The position numbers and the translations under genes were made by a program. Below, piece after piece: positions 13,906-27,900 of a DNA stretch of 64,000 nucleotides. The DNA comes from Octopus vulgaris. Taxonomy: Eukaryota. Under the pieces are notes generated by a model that worked only from the letters and a program-made list of their open reading frames with translations, ran no database searches and was not told the DNA's origin. Where the stretch lies: positions 111,228,001 to 111,292,000 of the forward strand of contig OX597820.1 of NCBI GenBank assembly GCA_951406725.2. Reading direction: 5' to 3'. The stretch's first letter is position 1; each line of letters begins with the position of its first letter.

Positions 13906-14189
13906 TGTGTGTGCGTGTGTGTGTGTGCGTGTATGTGTGTGTGTGTGTGTGCTCGTGCGCGCGTGCGTGTGCCACGAAAAGATAAAAAGCAAAGTCGACC
14001 TCGACGGAATTTGAACTGCTAAGCATTTTAGTCGGCGTACTAACGATCCTGACACCTCACGCTTTGATGATGTTGCTGATAATAATGTTAATAATCCTTT
14101 CTACTAAAGGCACAACGCCTAAACTTTTAGGGGAGAGGACTAATCGATTACATTTTGCCCGGCGAACTAACGATTCTGTCAGCTCGCCG

Positions 14190-15075
14190 CTGAGAATGTA
14201 TGTGCACGGATTAAGAACAGCATACCTACTTGGAAAACACGTCTTTTCTATAGCAACCAGCACTTAACCGAGATATCAATCAAAACAGATATCTTCCAAG
14301 GAGACTCTTGTTCACCATTCTTATTTGTTATAACCTTGATCCCGCTTTCTGTAATCCTACACAAAGTCAACGCGGTCTATGATCTGAGAAAGAATGGACC
14401 TCGTCTCAATCACCTTCTCTTCATGGATGATTTAAAGGTTTTCGCAAAAACAGAGCCTGAAATGGAGAGGCTGATTGAGACTGTACAGATATGCAGCAAG
14501 GATACAGGGATGGAATTCGATATCTTGAAGTGTGAGGTGTTCACTTTGAAACGAAGGAAAAGAGCAGATTGTAAGGGCATAGAATTGCCAAACAGAGAGG
14601 AAATGGAAGACCTGGATGATGATGGGTTCAAGTGCCTAGGAATCCTGGAGCTGGACAATATTTTGCACAGAGAAATGAAAGACAAGGCCATCACTGCATA
14701 TTTCAAGCGGCTCAAACTTCTCCTGAAATCAAAACTCAAATCAAGGAACCTTGTGACTGCCATCAGTAAATGGGATTTTGCTGTAGTCCGCTATAGTGTA
14801 CCCATCCTGAAATGGACACGAGTGGAGATTAACAACTCGATCGCACTAGCCGAAAGACGACGACAATACATTATACCCCCACCCTAAGGCGAACATACAG
14901 AGGCTCTATATGAAGAGGTGTGAAGATGGACGTGGGTTGACTAGCGTACGGGAGTGCATCAACAATGAAAGAAGAAACATGGCAGAATATTTGGTAAAGA
15001 GTAAACAAGACCTGCTACAGTCTGTTGCTAATGCTGAAGGATTTACCAAAGATGGCCTTGAGAGTTTTATTATGA
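14190..15075 (+). mobile_element. Decayed R4/Dong family C fragment, copy 2
   Basis: 14197-14845 nearly identical to 7786-8433; continues into RLYM.R..DGRGL. Confidence 0.85.
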
Positions 15076-15084
15076 AGCCCAAGT

Positions 15085-16326
15085 CAGTTCCCTCGTTGAT
15101 ACGGTATATACCTTCAGTGCTGATATCAGAATGGAGTTCGGACTGTGAAAGTGTGGTGTGTTAGTATTGAAGAGAGGCAAAATCAAATGTATGGACGGAC
15201 TAACGATACCGTCGGGGGAGGGGGTTATGAAGCAGATAAAAGAGACGGGCTATAAGTACTTGGGGATTTTGGAAATGGACAAATTAATGGAGAAAGAAAT
15301 GACAGAAAAATTTAAGGTGGAGTACTTACACAGACTGAGACTGATCCTTAAGTCGAAATTAAACGGACGGAATAAGATCGAAGCTATCAATACTTGGGCG
15401 TTGGAGCAGGGGTAATCGCATGGACAGTAGACGAACTAAACAGCTTAGACAAAAAGACAAGGAAGTTGCTAACTAGATGTGGGTCACTCCACCTAAAAAG
15501 TGACACAGACAGACTGTATGTACCAAGAAAAGGAAAGGGAAGAGGACTGATTGGATGTGAACACAGCATTAAAGCAAGAAAACAACATGGTATGTAAAAA
15601 ATGCCACAGAACCGCTATTATTAGAAGTAGGAAGGTCAGGATTATGTAGGATGAAAGATTGCAAAGATAAAGCACTATACAAGAAATTGAAAACGAATGA
15701 AACTGAAAATAAGTGGGTAAAGAAAAGTATGCATGAACAATTTCATAGGGATATTGAAGTTAAGACAGACAGAGAAAAAAGATGGCTGTGGATGACTAAA
15801 AGTGAATTAAAACCAGAAACGGAGGCTCTAATCTGTACTGCCTAAGAGCAAGCGCTCAGAACAAACTACATAAAATACAGACTAGACAACACATTGGAAA
15901 GTGATAAGTGCAGAATCTGTGGACAAAACAGTGAAACCGTATGGCATATTACCAGCCAATGTACGCCACTAGCCCAAAAGGAATATAAGAGACGCCACGA
16001 CAATATAGCCAGGCTTGTCCATTGGACACTTTGCAACAAGTAAGGACATGACAGAGCCAAAAATTGGTACGACCACAAACCTGAAGACATCATCGAAAAT
16101 AGAAATGCAAAGATCCTATGGGATTTTATGATTCAGTGCAACCATGAGATTGAGAATAGGAAGCTGGACATTGTTTTAATTGAGAAAGAAAACAAACTAT
16201 GCTGGATCATAGTTGATCCATCATACTCCGGAAGGTGCTCGAAAAATAAGAGGTGTTACCTTAGTTCACTGGTAGTGAACAGCTGACACTGTAGTACATC
16301 TCAAGCGTTAGAAGCTGTGCAAAGGC
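15085..16326 (+). mobile_element. Decayed R4/Dong family D, 5'-truncated
   Basis: YKYLGILE, GRGLIG, LKPETEALIC, CRICG..ETVWHI..C, RRHD; 3' UTR ..GAAGCTGTGC followed by (AAT)n. Confidence 0.85.
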
Positions 16327-16336
16327 AATAATGATG

Positions 16337-16400
<64 letters not shown>

Positions 16401-16403
<3 letters not shown>

Positions 16404-18021
16404 CAAAGAAATAGATATGAAATTTGGATTAGAAAAATGCGCCAAAGCAACCCTGAAAAGAGGAAAACTAGTTAAGAGTAGCAACATCACACTAGATAAA
16501 GCCAATGAAATAAGAGAATTAGACCAAAGCCAAACGTACAAACATTTAGGAATCCATGAACTAGATAAGACACAACGCACACAAATGAAAGAGAAAATAA
16601 AGAAAGAATACTATAGATGAGTTAGATCAATACTAAAAACAGAGCTCAATGCTAGTCCCAGTTACAAGTTACAGCTACAATATCCTTAACTGGACACTAA
16701 ATGAACTAACCAAAATAGATAGGAAAACAAGAAAAATAATGACAGGATCTAGGATGCATCACGCAAAATCTGACATAGAAAGGCTATATATACAACGTAT
16801 AGAAGGTGGTAGAGGCCTTATAAAGCTGGAAAACTATTATAAAATAACCACCATAGGACTGCAAAAATACCTTCATCAGAAGCAAGGAAAACTGATACAA
16901 ATAGCGGCAAAACACGAGCAAAACAAAAAATTGTTCTCAGTATTTAAGGAAGCTGACAAATACAAACAAGAAATCATACCACCTAACAAATATGAAGAAG
17001 AAGAAGAAGAAGAAGAAGAAGAAGAAGAAGAAGAAGAAGAAGAAGAAGAAGAAGAAGAAGAAGAAGAAGAAGAAGAAGAAGAAGAAGAAGAAGACACAAC
17101 AAAAGCTATAAAACAAATGAAATCCAAGCTAAAACTAGAACAACAACGGACCTTGATAAAACGATGGCAAGAAAAGCCCCTTCATGACAAATACTGGACT
17201 AAACTAAATGCAAAAGAAATAGACAAAGAAAAATCCCAGCAATGGTTGAGAAGCTCAGGACTCAAAGCAGAGACAGTGGGATTTTTAATTGCAGCACAAG
17301 ACCTCCCCACCAGAAATTACCAAAAACATATAATGAAAAGAAATATAACAAGTAACTGCAGAATATGTGGAGATGGACAGGAAACAATAAATCATATTAT
17401 CTCTGGCTGCCCAGTCCTGGCTAAGAGGGAATATATTCACAGACACGACAGGGTTGGGACCTAGATACACTGGAAGCTATGCCAACATTATTGAATAACA
17501 ACAGAAAAAAGATGGTATTGGCACACACCAGAAAAGGTCACAGAAAACAAGAAAGCAACCATACTCTGGGATATGTCAATACACACAGATAGAGAAATTA
17601 AGGCCAACAGACAATATAATTGTCAGAGATCATGAAGAAAAAAATGCTTTCTAATTGATGTATCAACACCAGAAGATGACAACGTGTCTCTAAAAGAAAT
17701 GAAGAAACTTTCACAAATACAAAGACCTGGAAATAGAGGTAACTAGAATGTGGAATCTAAAAACAGAAACAATTCCTATCATAGTAGGTGCATTAGGCAT
17801 GATTAAAAAATATTCAGACAAATACATATCAAAGACACCAGGACTTACAAACACATATAACATACAGAAAATTGCACTACTAGGCACTGCACACATCCTA
17901 CGCAGAACACTTTCAATACAGTAACCATCAGAGCATCACAACAAATCACAGCACATACCCGAGGCACACAGAGCTGCACTCGGTAGTGAAGCGAAAGCAC
18001 GCTATAAAAATAAAGCTACTG
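16401..18021 (+). mobile_element. R4/Dong family A copy 3 (older, with (GAA)33 expansion)
   Basis: Aligns to family A with deletions and stops; (GAA)n 16994-17092; same 3' UTR ending CTACTG. Confidence 0.92.
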
Positions 18022-18060
18022 AACAACAACAACAACAACAACAATAATAATAATAATAAT

Positions 18061-18522
18061 AAGGCATCATCGAAAATGGTAATGCAAAGATCCTATGGGA
18101 TTTTATGATTCAGTACGACGATGAGATAGAGAATAGGAAACCAGACATAGTAATAATTGAGAAAGAAAACACACGATGCTGGATCATAGATATAGCATGC
18201 CCAGCTGACAAGGTATGCGATAAGGAAGAAAGAAAAGTCGATAGATATATCAGGTTAGCTTGGGAGTTTAAGCAGTTGTGGTCGATGAAAAAGGTAGTAG
18301 TAGTAGTACCAATAATTGTCGGAACCCTGGTAACAATGAGTAAAAATCTTGAGAAGTACATGGAATAGGCGCTGCAATAAGGGTGGAGCACTTGCAGAAA
18401 ATAGCACGCTTAGAACCGCTCGAATACTCCTGATGGTGATCGAAAAATAAAGGGTGTTACCTTAGTTCACTGGTAGTGAACAGCTGACACCGTAGTACAT
18501 CTCCAGCGTTAGAAGCTGTGCA
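18061..18522 (+). mobile_element. R4/Dong family D 3' fragment
   Basis: RLE KPDIVII..WIIDIACP..PIIVGTL; 3' UTR matches 16240-16326. Confidence 0.85.
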
Positions 18523-18802
18523 AAAAAAATAAAGTAACAATAATAATCATAATCATAATAATGCTTATACATCCCACACACGGACACGTACAAAACAAAC
18601 ACTGGATGCATGGTTTCTAAATGACTTTAACAGAAGAGGCGACAAGCTTCATTCCTTCTAAACAGTGGAAAGGTACAATTATGATCGGTGTTCAGTGATA
18701 AAGTTAAAAACAGAGAATAAAAAATAAAGTAGAAAGAAATAGCGGTGAATTTCTTCTGTGAGCCTCGGGCAATCGCGATAGAAATGAAGCTTCAACACAC
18801 AT

Positions 18803-19173
18803 CCAGGGGTGGTGTCCTGTCAAAAAGTTAACACTGTAAATACGGGCCCTTCTCTTAATGTCACTACCCAAACGAATAACAAAACTAAAAGCAATAACGA
18901 TGGATAGATGACAACTACAACGAGGGGATATAGGCATACTACAATGCAACACTATACCCAAAACACACAAGAATAAACTCATACAGTAAATACCCAGAGG
19001 CGATGTTCTGTCAAACAGTTAACGCACTAAAGACGGACCCATCTCTTAATATCACTGCCCAAATGAATAACAACCCCAAAAAAGAACGATGAACAGCAAT
19101 GAAGTGATTTACGCATAGTACAATGCAACACTATACCCAAAACATGCAGGAATAAGCTCAAACAGTAAATACC
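18803..19173. repeat. Diverged tandem dimer, unit ~185 bp
   Basis: 18803-18992 and 18993-19173 share CTGTCAAA.AGTTAAC, TCTCTTAAT.TCACT.CCCAAA, TACAATGCAACACTATACCCAAAACA, CAGTAAATACCC. Confidence 0.75.
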
Positions 19174-19419
19174 CAATAAAATGAACAATCCCTAAAACAT
19201 GTGCCATAGAGGCCCGATACCCGACAGAACACAACTCGCACTACACATACGCAATACAATACAAACACTCAAACAGAAGACTCAAACCAAATCTCAAAAC
19301 AAAGCTTATTGATGCAATACAATACTCCCCAAGCGACAAAAATCTTAAAGTGCTGCACACACCTTACCAGCACGAAAGCATGGCAAGAGAGGCAAGGGAA
19401 ACTTACTTGAAACAATCAG

Positions 19420-20870
19420 ATGTCGAATGATAATGATGATGATGAACATTACGTTACCTCAATTTGTGGGAGACACGAATTTGCCTGGAAACTCTGATGG
19501 TAACAGCGAAAGTGAGGATGGACCTTTAAGGGAAGGCCTCTCACTCGACAGTGGTTCAGTATAGATGCAGACAGTGGTTATCCAAAGAGAGCATCAGCAG
19601 ATAATAGAGTAAGGAGAAGGAAGTTGACCAGCGAAAAAGTAGGATAGTGATGCAGTGCTACTTAGAACGTCAACCTAAAAAGAATTATAGAAAACGGATG
19701 CTAACACTTTTGTAGAGAAGAGTATGTTTAAAGTGACTGAGTAAAGACTAGTAGAACAAGCTAATGGTATTAGGAGAAGAACGTGGTTGACAGAATTTGC
19801 GGTGAAAGAGATCATAAGAGGAAAATTAAACAGTAGAAAAGCCAAGCAACAACATAAGAGATACAGTTCAAACCAAAGAAGAAACTAAAGGAAAAAATAA
19901 TAGCACTACCGATAGAAGGGACAACTGGCACCAGCGACTTAAGTGAGGAAGATCAGAAGATTTTAGATGAGTTGCAGGAAGCAATGAGTAAAGAAAGAAA
20001 ATTATTACCGGTATTAAAAGTTGCGGATAGAAGGAAACTGCAAGATATGACTACGAAAGTAGATTCTGTTATCAGTAAGATAACTGCTAAAAACATAGAT
20101 GACACTAACTTATTGATATATACAGGAGGGGTAGAAGTCACTAGAAGATTAGGTATTCCTCAAAGAAAAATAGAAAAGAGCAAATGTGGAGAAGGAGATT
20201 ACAAAACAAAGTATAGACTTTAAGACAAGATATGAGTAGAATAGAAGCATGGAAACTGAACAAGTTAGGAAACACAAGATTTTAATTTTCTCTTGAGAAA
20301 CACTACATAATCAAAGAGAAAGGATCTGGGATAGTTATAGAAAAGTTGAAACAGCGTATCATAGCAGTAGCAGGTAAGCTTTCAAGATGTCAGAAAAGAA
20401 TAGACCAGTACCAGCAGAAGAGATTGTTTATGACAGAGCAGAGGACATTTTATAGCCATATAAGTAATGTAGAAGAAAGTACTGAAGATGAGGAACCTAA
20501 TGCAGAAGAAGCTAGAAAGTTCTGGAATAATATCTGGGATCAGTCAGTCAATCATAATTGAGATGCAGCATGGTTTAAAAAGTAAGGGACGAAGAAGATA
20601 GTGAGAAGGAGTCAGATCTAAAACTAACTAGTGGATTAATGAGTAAAGTGTTTGGGGAAATGCCGAATTGGAAGGGCTTAGGACCAAATTTAGTTCAAGG
20701 GTACTTATTATAGAAATTTAGTAGTGTACATTGGAGACTGAGGGAACAACGTCAGAATTGCCTGAATGGAGCAGTAATACTGGATTGGATGACTAGATGG
20801 AGAACACGACTCGCTATGAAAGACAAAAACAAGGGCAATATAACTAGTAGTTATTGACCAATCACTTGCT
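19420..20870 (+). mobile_element. Decayed N-terminal/pre-RT portion of an R4/Dong element
   Basis: KQRIIAVAGKLSR..RIDQYQQ.RLF..Q..FY, EARKFWNNIW, MPNWKG.GP, PITCL motifs. Confidence 0.75.
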
Positions 20871-20999
20871 TACAGCCAAAATACTTAGGAAGGTTCTTGG
20901 TATCTAAAGTTAGTTGTTTTAGCCCGATGTTAGGAATTTTTCCTTTCCAACAGTTTAATGTTGTTGTGCGTATATGACATAACAACAACAACAACAATA

Positions 21000-21036
<37 letters not shown>

Positions 21037-21089
21037 CAATAATAATAATAACAATAACAATAACAATAATAATAATAACAACATTAATG

Positions 21090-21133
<44 letters not shown>

Positions 21134-21702
21134 TACATACATTGGAAGCTATGCCAACATTATGGAATAACAACAGAAAAAAGATGGTATAGGCACACAC
21201 CAGAAAAGGTCACAGAAAACGAGAAAGCAACCATACTCTGGGATATGCCGATACACACAGATAGAGAAATTAAGGCCAACAGACCAGATATAGTTGTCAG
21301 AGACCATGAAGAAAAAAAATGCTTTCTAATTGATGTATCAGTACCGGCAGATGACAACGTGTCTCTAAAAGAAATGGAGAAACTCTCAAAATACAAAGAC
21401 CTGGAAATAGAGGTAACTAGAATGTGGAATCTGAAAACAGAAACAATTCCTATCATAGTAGGTGCATTAGGCATGATAAAAAAATATTCAGACAAATACA
21501 TAACAAACACACCAGGACTTACAAACACATATAACATACAGAAAATTGCACTACTAGGCACTGCACACATCCTACGCAGAACACTTTCCATACAATAACC
21601 ATCAGAGCATCACAACAAATCACAGTACATACCCAAGGCACACAGAGCTGCGCTCGGTAGTGAAGTGAAAGCACGCTATAAAAAATAAAAATAAAACTAC
21701 TG
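21134..21702 (+). mobile_element. R4/Dong family A copy 4, short 3' fragment with intact RLE frame
   Basis: ORF 21245..21598 RPDIVVRDHEEKKCFLIDV..KYKDL; family A 3' UTR; AAT repeats on both sides. Confidence 0.93.
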
Positions 21703-21751
21703 AATAATAATAATAATAATAATAATAATGCTATAAATCGACGGTTGTATT

Positions 21752-23874
21752 TCTGATAGATATTGTTATATTCCGAAGTCGTCAATAGAATATTTCTATT
21801 TGGTTTTATTTGACCCCCAGTAGTACATTTTATTATCCTGAAAAGGTTGACTCATTATAACGTCCACTCAGAATCACAGTATAATTACTATAGCAGCACA
21901 GACACGACTATCAACACTCAACACAATCTACACGTACTCTCGTACTCTACGTACTCTCGTACTCTACGTACTCTCTCGATACCGGCCGACGTCACCTTAC
22001 TTATAGTGACACACTCATTCCACTCATCACATGGGAGGGGTGTACCATTATTACTAATTCCCTACAACATCTCTTTTAAGTTTTTCTTAAGTGCCATCGA
22101 TGTGTAGTCTCGACCACGGAACATCTACTTTTGAACAATGTTTACTTATCGTGAGCAATTTTTCATTTCGTTTTGGTTTACCTACAGGCGTTTCGTGTTT
22201 TACTGCAATTTTTTGTTTCAGTCCTTCGACCGCATTTGAACCTTCGACTGAGGCGACTATATTTCTACACAAAACACTTATGGGTTTATTCCATAAATTG
22301 AATAGTTGTATCCATTCTGTGCCGAATAAGTTAAGTGATTTTTTCAAAACATATCTTTGCCTTTTTCGTTTGACCTCGAAATGTTACGTTAGATACGCAT
22401 TCACCAATAAAGTATAATCTTCTTCCAGTAACACTATGTGCTACTTTTTTAGATTTAATTAATTTCGGATTACCGTCTTGTTTCCACGTTTTTTCATTTA
22501 TAATGGTAATGTCACAACCTGAGTCGAACTTCAATTTTACATCAGTATTTTTAATTTTTACATGTATGAATTTTCTGTTCGTTGTATTACACTTTTTTTC
22601 GATGACAAACAAATTTTTTACCTTTTTTCTGACGTTTTATCATCATCCTACAGCACGTCTTTATATGTCCTATATTACCACAACGAAAACACTCCGCTTT
22701 TTTTAAATGGACAGTTTCTCCTCAGGTGCATACCCCCACGTGCAAAAAAAGGTTTTATATCCTGATGTTTGTCGTGTTTTTAGAAAATAATTTGTCTCTA
22801 TTCAGATTCGTCTTCGCTGGTTTTACTTGGAAACAATATTTGCGTTCAATTTCCTCTGTATCGTATCCTTTCACATTCTTCAGACACAAGCATTTGAACA
22901 TATCTGGAGTTGATTTATCCAGCTTAAACTTCTCGCAGTCCCTGTTTACTCGACCAGCATATGTGATGTAGTCCTCGTTACTGTTTTTTTTCTCTAAATA
23001 GCTTTTTTTCACTGAAACTCTTACACAATATATCTATTGCGTCATTAAACTTCTCTGCATCCTTCATATTCTGTTGCCGCCAGTTTTCTCAAAATTAAGC
23101 ACATTTTCATCTCGTTGTCCCAATCTTTACATTCTTTATCAAAGATTTGCTCATATCTTCTGTTGTATGCTTCGTAGGTAACTCATTCGTCAGATTGGTA
23201 TTTGAACTCTGTTATGGAGTTCGTGACATAGTCTATCGACAACACTTTCTGGTTTCCTGACGATTTCAGTAATTGCAGCACTTGTAATATCATTTGTTAT
23301 TGCTCTTGCAGTTATACCTGTTCTTTCAACTATTGTTGTTGCCGTTTTTGCAACTGAAGCAAACTTCCATAATTTTACGATTTTTCTTAAAATATACATA
23401 ACAAAAACTTTTGTGAGTTTGTTTACTCCTCTATGAGTTTCTATTAATTCCACGTGAATTGGTTTGTTTTCGTCGAGTTTATTAATTCCTTGTGAGTTGT
23501 TTAAATCCTTGTCGCAGCTGTTATAAAGCGGTCTTTTGCTACTGTGGTATCTTTTTTTTTTTTTTGACAACGTTAGTCACTCTGATAGATATTATTATAT
23601 TCCGAAGTCGTCGATAGAATATTTCTATCTGGTACTGTATGATCTCCAGTCCTACAGTGTTATTATCCTCTAAAGGTCGGATCATTATAACGTCCACTCA
23701 GTATCACAGTATAATTACTATAATAGCACAGACACGACTATCAAAACAGTCTACACATACTCTCGTACTCTACGTATTCCTTCGATACTAGCCGACATCA
23801 CCTTACTTATAGTGACACACCACTCCACTCGTCACGCGGGAGGGGTGTATCATTGCTACTAATTCCCTACAACA
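21752..23874 (-). mobile_element. Internally deleted Gypsy LTR retrotransposon (Mag-like)
   Basis: Direct repeats 21752-22069 and 23581-23874 (TGTTGTAGGG start on the minus strand); gag and protease (KFDSGCDITII) remnants; homologous to 53950-57484. Confidence 0.85.
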
Positions 23875-24194
23875 AATGATGATGATGATGATGATGATGA
23901 TGATAATGATGGCCTCTCCTGTCGAAGACGACGTATGAACGTTCAGCTTTTGCCGAAAGACTTGCACAAATGATTGGTTTATAGTGATCAAATGTTCTTG
24001 GCGCACATTAGCTCACTCTCTCCATCAAATCGACGTTGTCTGAACAGGTGCACAGTGTACCGCGCGTTAGGCGTCGAAGTAATCACAAAGCAACGTGACA
24101 TAAAGTGTTTTTTGCTCAAGAACACAACGCACCACTTGGTCTAGGAACTGAAATCACGATCTAGCGATCATGAATACAACACCCTAACCGCTAT

Positions 24195-24238
<44 letters not shown>

Positions 24239-24282
24239 TATTTATTATTATTATTATTATTATGATTATTATTATTATTATG

Positions 24283-24320
<38 letters not shown>

Positions 24321-24331
24321 TATTATTATTA

Positions 24332-24545
24332 AAGCAGCGAGCTAGAAGAATTGTTATAACGCTGGGTAAAATGCTTAGCGACATTTCATTCGTCTTTACG
24401 TTCTGAGTCCAAATTCCGCCGAGATTGACTTTGCCTTTCATCCTTTCGGGGTCGATGAAATAAGTACCAGTTACGCACTGGAGATAATGCAATCGACTTC
24501 CACCTCACCCGAAACCTCAGTCCTTGTGCCTTTAGTAGAAAAAGT
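24332..24545 (+). mobile_element. tRNA-derived SINE
   Basis: Same family as 24768-24987. Confidence 0.8.
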
Positions 24546-24767
24546 TATTATTGTTGTTATTTTTGCACAATGCCAGAATTTTAGCGGAGTGGGTGAAAAT
24601 GTATTACATAGATTCTAGTACTTAACAGATCCCAAAAAGATGAGAGACAAATCTGACCTCAAAAGAATGTGAACTCAGAACGTAAACAGCCGAAAGAAAT
24701 ATAGCTAAACCTTTTGTCCAACGCTCTAGCGGATCTACCAGCTTGCCAATAATATTAACAATACACA

Positions 24768-24987
24768 AAGGCGGCGAGCTGGAAGAAACGTTAGCACGTC
24801 GGGCGAAATGCTTAGCGGTATTTCGTCTGTCTTTACATTCTGAGTTCAAATTCCGCCGAGGTCGACTTTGCCTTTCATCCTTTCGGGGTCGATAAATTAA
24901 GTACTATTTGCGTACAGGGGTCGATCTTATCAACTGGACCCGCTCCACAAAAAATTTCGGGCCTTGTGCCTAGAGTAGAAAAGAATA
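24768..24987 (+). mobile_element. tRNA-derived SINE (full-length-looking)
   Basis: A-box-like head, B box GAGTTCAAATTCC, body CTTTCATCCTTTCGGGGTCGATAAATTAAGTAC; several copies in the window. Confidence 0.85.
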
Positions 24988-27900
24988 TGTGGGGATGAGC
25001 CGGAAGAAAAGATTGACCGAAGGAGGAAGCGTAAGAAGGGAAGTGCGAGGAGGAGAGGAGAGGGTCGTCCTCTTTTGGCCGGCCGAGGCATTGCAAACAG
25101 ACGTCAGGGAGTTCGCTCTTGGGTTGGAGACAGGAGGTGCCTATTACTGGGTGAGATGGTAGGGCAAGATCGCTGGAGTGACTACTACTAGACAGGCGCA
25201 GACAAGAGAGAGGAAGGTAGGTGAACCTCTTTTCACTTCCCACTCACAAGTTATTTCGGTAATTGTATATAGACATCGTTGTCCCCTTGATATACGATGG
25301 CAGCGAAGATAAGGATCGGCGGTGATGTCATCAGACCTTTCTATGGCGAAGGTGACGTAGTAGCCTGGATTCGAAAGGTTAGAGTTGTGGCCAGGCTACA
25401 TAGCATCGGAGATGTAGCGAGTCTCATGGCCCTATGGATGAAGAACAGCTGAACGCGGCGAAGATCGAGCAGTGCTTGAGAGAGGCTTAAAAGGATGGAG
25501 AATACACCGCTTTTGCTAAGCTGGGAACAATCAGACGGAGAGAACAGGTCGACAAGTATGCTGCGGAGGTACGGAGGCTGGTTGTGTTGTCTGGTCTTAA
25601 CGGTGAGGGACTTGAGAAAGTAGCGCAACTGGCTTTTGTGAACGGCTTTCCCGACGACGTGTCGGTGTGACTACAACAGTTGCTAGGCGGCAATAAAATG
25701 GCGACGAGCGAGCTCATCGTTCAAGCCCGCATGTTGACACAAAACACCAGGCGAAAGGCAGTAGTGATGGCGGCTGCAGAAGCCCGCGAATCTGCGCGAC
25801 AGCCGGTGAAGGACGAAAAGAGGCCTGCTGTGGAACGACAGCAGCCGTTCACAGGCCGGTGTTTTAAGTGCCAAGGACTGCACATGGCGAGGGACTGCAT
25901 GGAGCCCGGACCGGTTTGCTACCGGTGCAAACAGGCTGGGCATATCACCCGAAATTGTAGCCAGGGAAAAGGCTGTGTGGAGTTGTTGCCTCTCAAACTT
26001 CGCCCGCGAACAAGTAGAGGCGTTGGCGAAGTCACTGCCCGTAGTCGAAGTCGTGGTCAGGGAAAACATGTTTAAGGCCCTCGTGTCCACGGGCTGCACG
26101 ACGACTCTCGTGACCCCGAGGGTGACAAAGAAATGGAAGGGGACGAGTTGCTTTCGGGCGGTCGACTGCAGCGTAATCGAATGCAGGGTTAGAAGCGATA
26201 CGGATATGGCGGTGCGAGGCACAATGCTAAGGCTTCGGGCGATCGTGGTCGTGATAGACGGGATCGGCGTGGTAATGGGGATGGACGCAATCGACCGCCT
26301 TGGAGGTGTTAGTGTTGGAGGAGACATGGTTTCAGTTGGTGCCGTAGAGGCGTCGTGCAACGTGAGTCAGGGATGTAAGCGGGAACAGAGCCCTGCGAGG
26401 AGCTGCACTGCCTACGCCACTGAAGACAAGGACTTTCGGGTGGCGTTCGATGATCAGCAATGGACGATAGAGTGACGCTGGAAAGAGGGATTCCCGACGC
26501 TGAAGAACAAGGTGAGCTGTTACCAGCATACCCTGAAAGGGCACGCCAGGGGCGAGATTGAAGAAGAGGTAGAGAAGTGGATTAAGGAAGGTGTCCTTAT
26601 CCCGTGGAAAGAGGATGCGGTGAGCGGAGCGCTACCTCTAATGACATTGGTGCAACCGACAAAGTGCAGAGTTAGACCGGTACTGGACTTTCAGGAGATG
26701 AACAGCCATGTATCGTGCCACACATGGGGTGAGGCGACCGACGTCTGCGATGAGACGCTGCGCGTATGGTAGCAGTCGACTAGGGCGGCGACGATCGTCG
26801 ACTTGAAGTTAGCATATTTGCAGCTCCATATGAGCGATAGCTTGTGACTGTACTAACTGGTGTGATACAAGGACCGGACATATTGTCTGACAAGGCTGGG
26901 TTTTAGGTTGAATTCTGCACCGAAGATCATGGTGACAGTGCTCAAATCCATCCTGGGAAAGGTGGATAGGATAAGAAGGGCCACCAGTTCCTACATAAAT
27001 GACATCCTAGTGAACGAGACTATAGTGCCTGACACAGAGGTTGTGAGACATTTGAAGAAATTCGGGTTGATTGCAAATCCGCAGGAGCCAATGGCTGGAG
27101 GAGCTGCACTGCGGCTTAAGCTTCAGAGAAATAGAACAGGTGAGTTGGTGTTTCGTAGGGGAACGAGATCCCGGAGCTGGGTACTAACGTCGAGACGAGC
27201 AGAAGGAGAGAACTGGAGTGACAAGGTGAGAGAGGGGACGGTTGCGATGATGCGAGAAATCCTGGAGAGGACGAGAGCGGAAGATCCAGTCAGAGGAAAT
27301 TGGCATATGCCCAAATCGGATAGCGGGACCGTATGATGTGATGCTAGCAGCATCGTGATAGGCGTCATGTTGGAAATCGGAGGTACCGAAGTGGAGTATG
27401 CCGACTGGCTTCGAAAAGCAGACGACTACAACCACATCAATGTCGCTGAGTTGGACGTAGTGCTGAAGTAGTGAGTGAATTTAGCCCTGAAATGGGGTCT
27501 GCGCTCCATCGAAATCAGGATGGATTCGGCTACCGAGCTTGGCTGGGTAGGATCGGTGATTACCGACGAGAAGAGGGTGCGAAGTGCCGCCGAGAGATTC
27601 TAGGGGAGCTGCTTGGCGAGTTCGGCCTGAAGCTGAACGTGGTCTGTGTGCCTTTAGAGAGAAACAAGGCAGACGCTCTAACCAGAGTAAAAAAGGCCTG
27701 GTTAGGCGAGCCGGAAGAATCGAAGCAAGAGGTAGCCGGGGTGTTTCAGTTAAATGACTTCGAGCTAAGGAGTCATTTAACTGATGCCATGCATCATATG
27801 GGCATGGATAGTACCCTGTATCTCTCCAGGAGAATTGACGCCGACGTTACCAGACGGAGCATCCAAACGGTAGTAGGGAACTGCGACAGGTGTCAATCCA

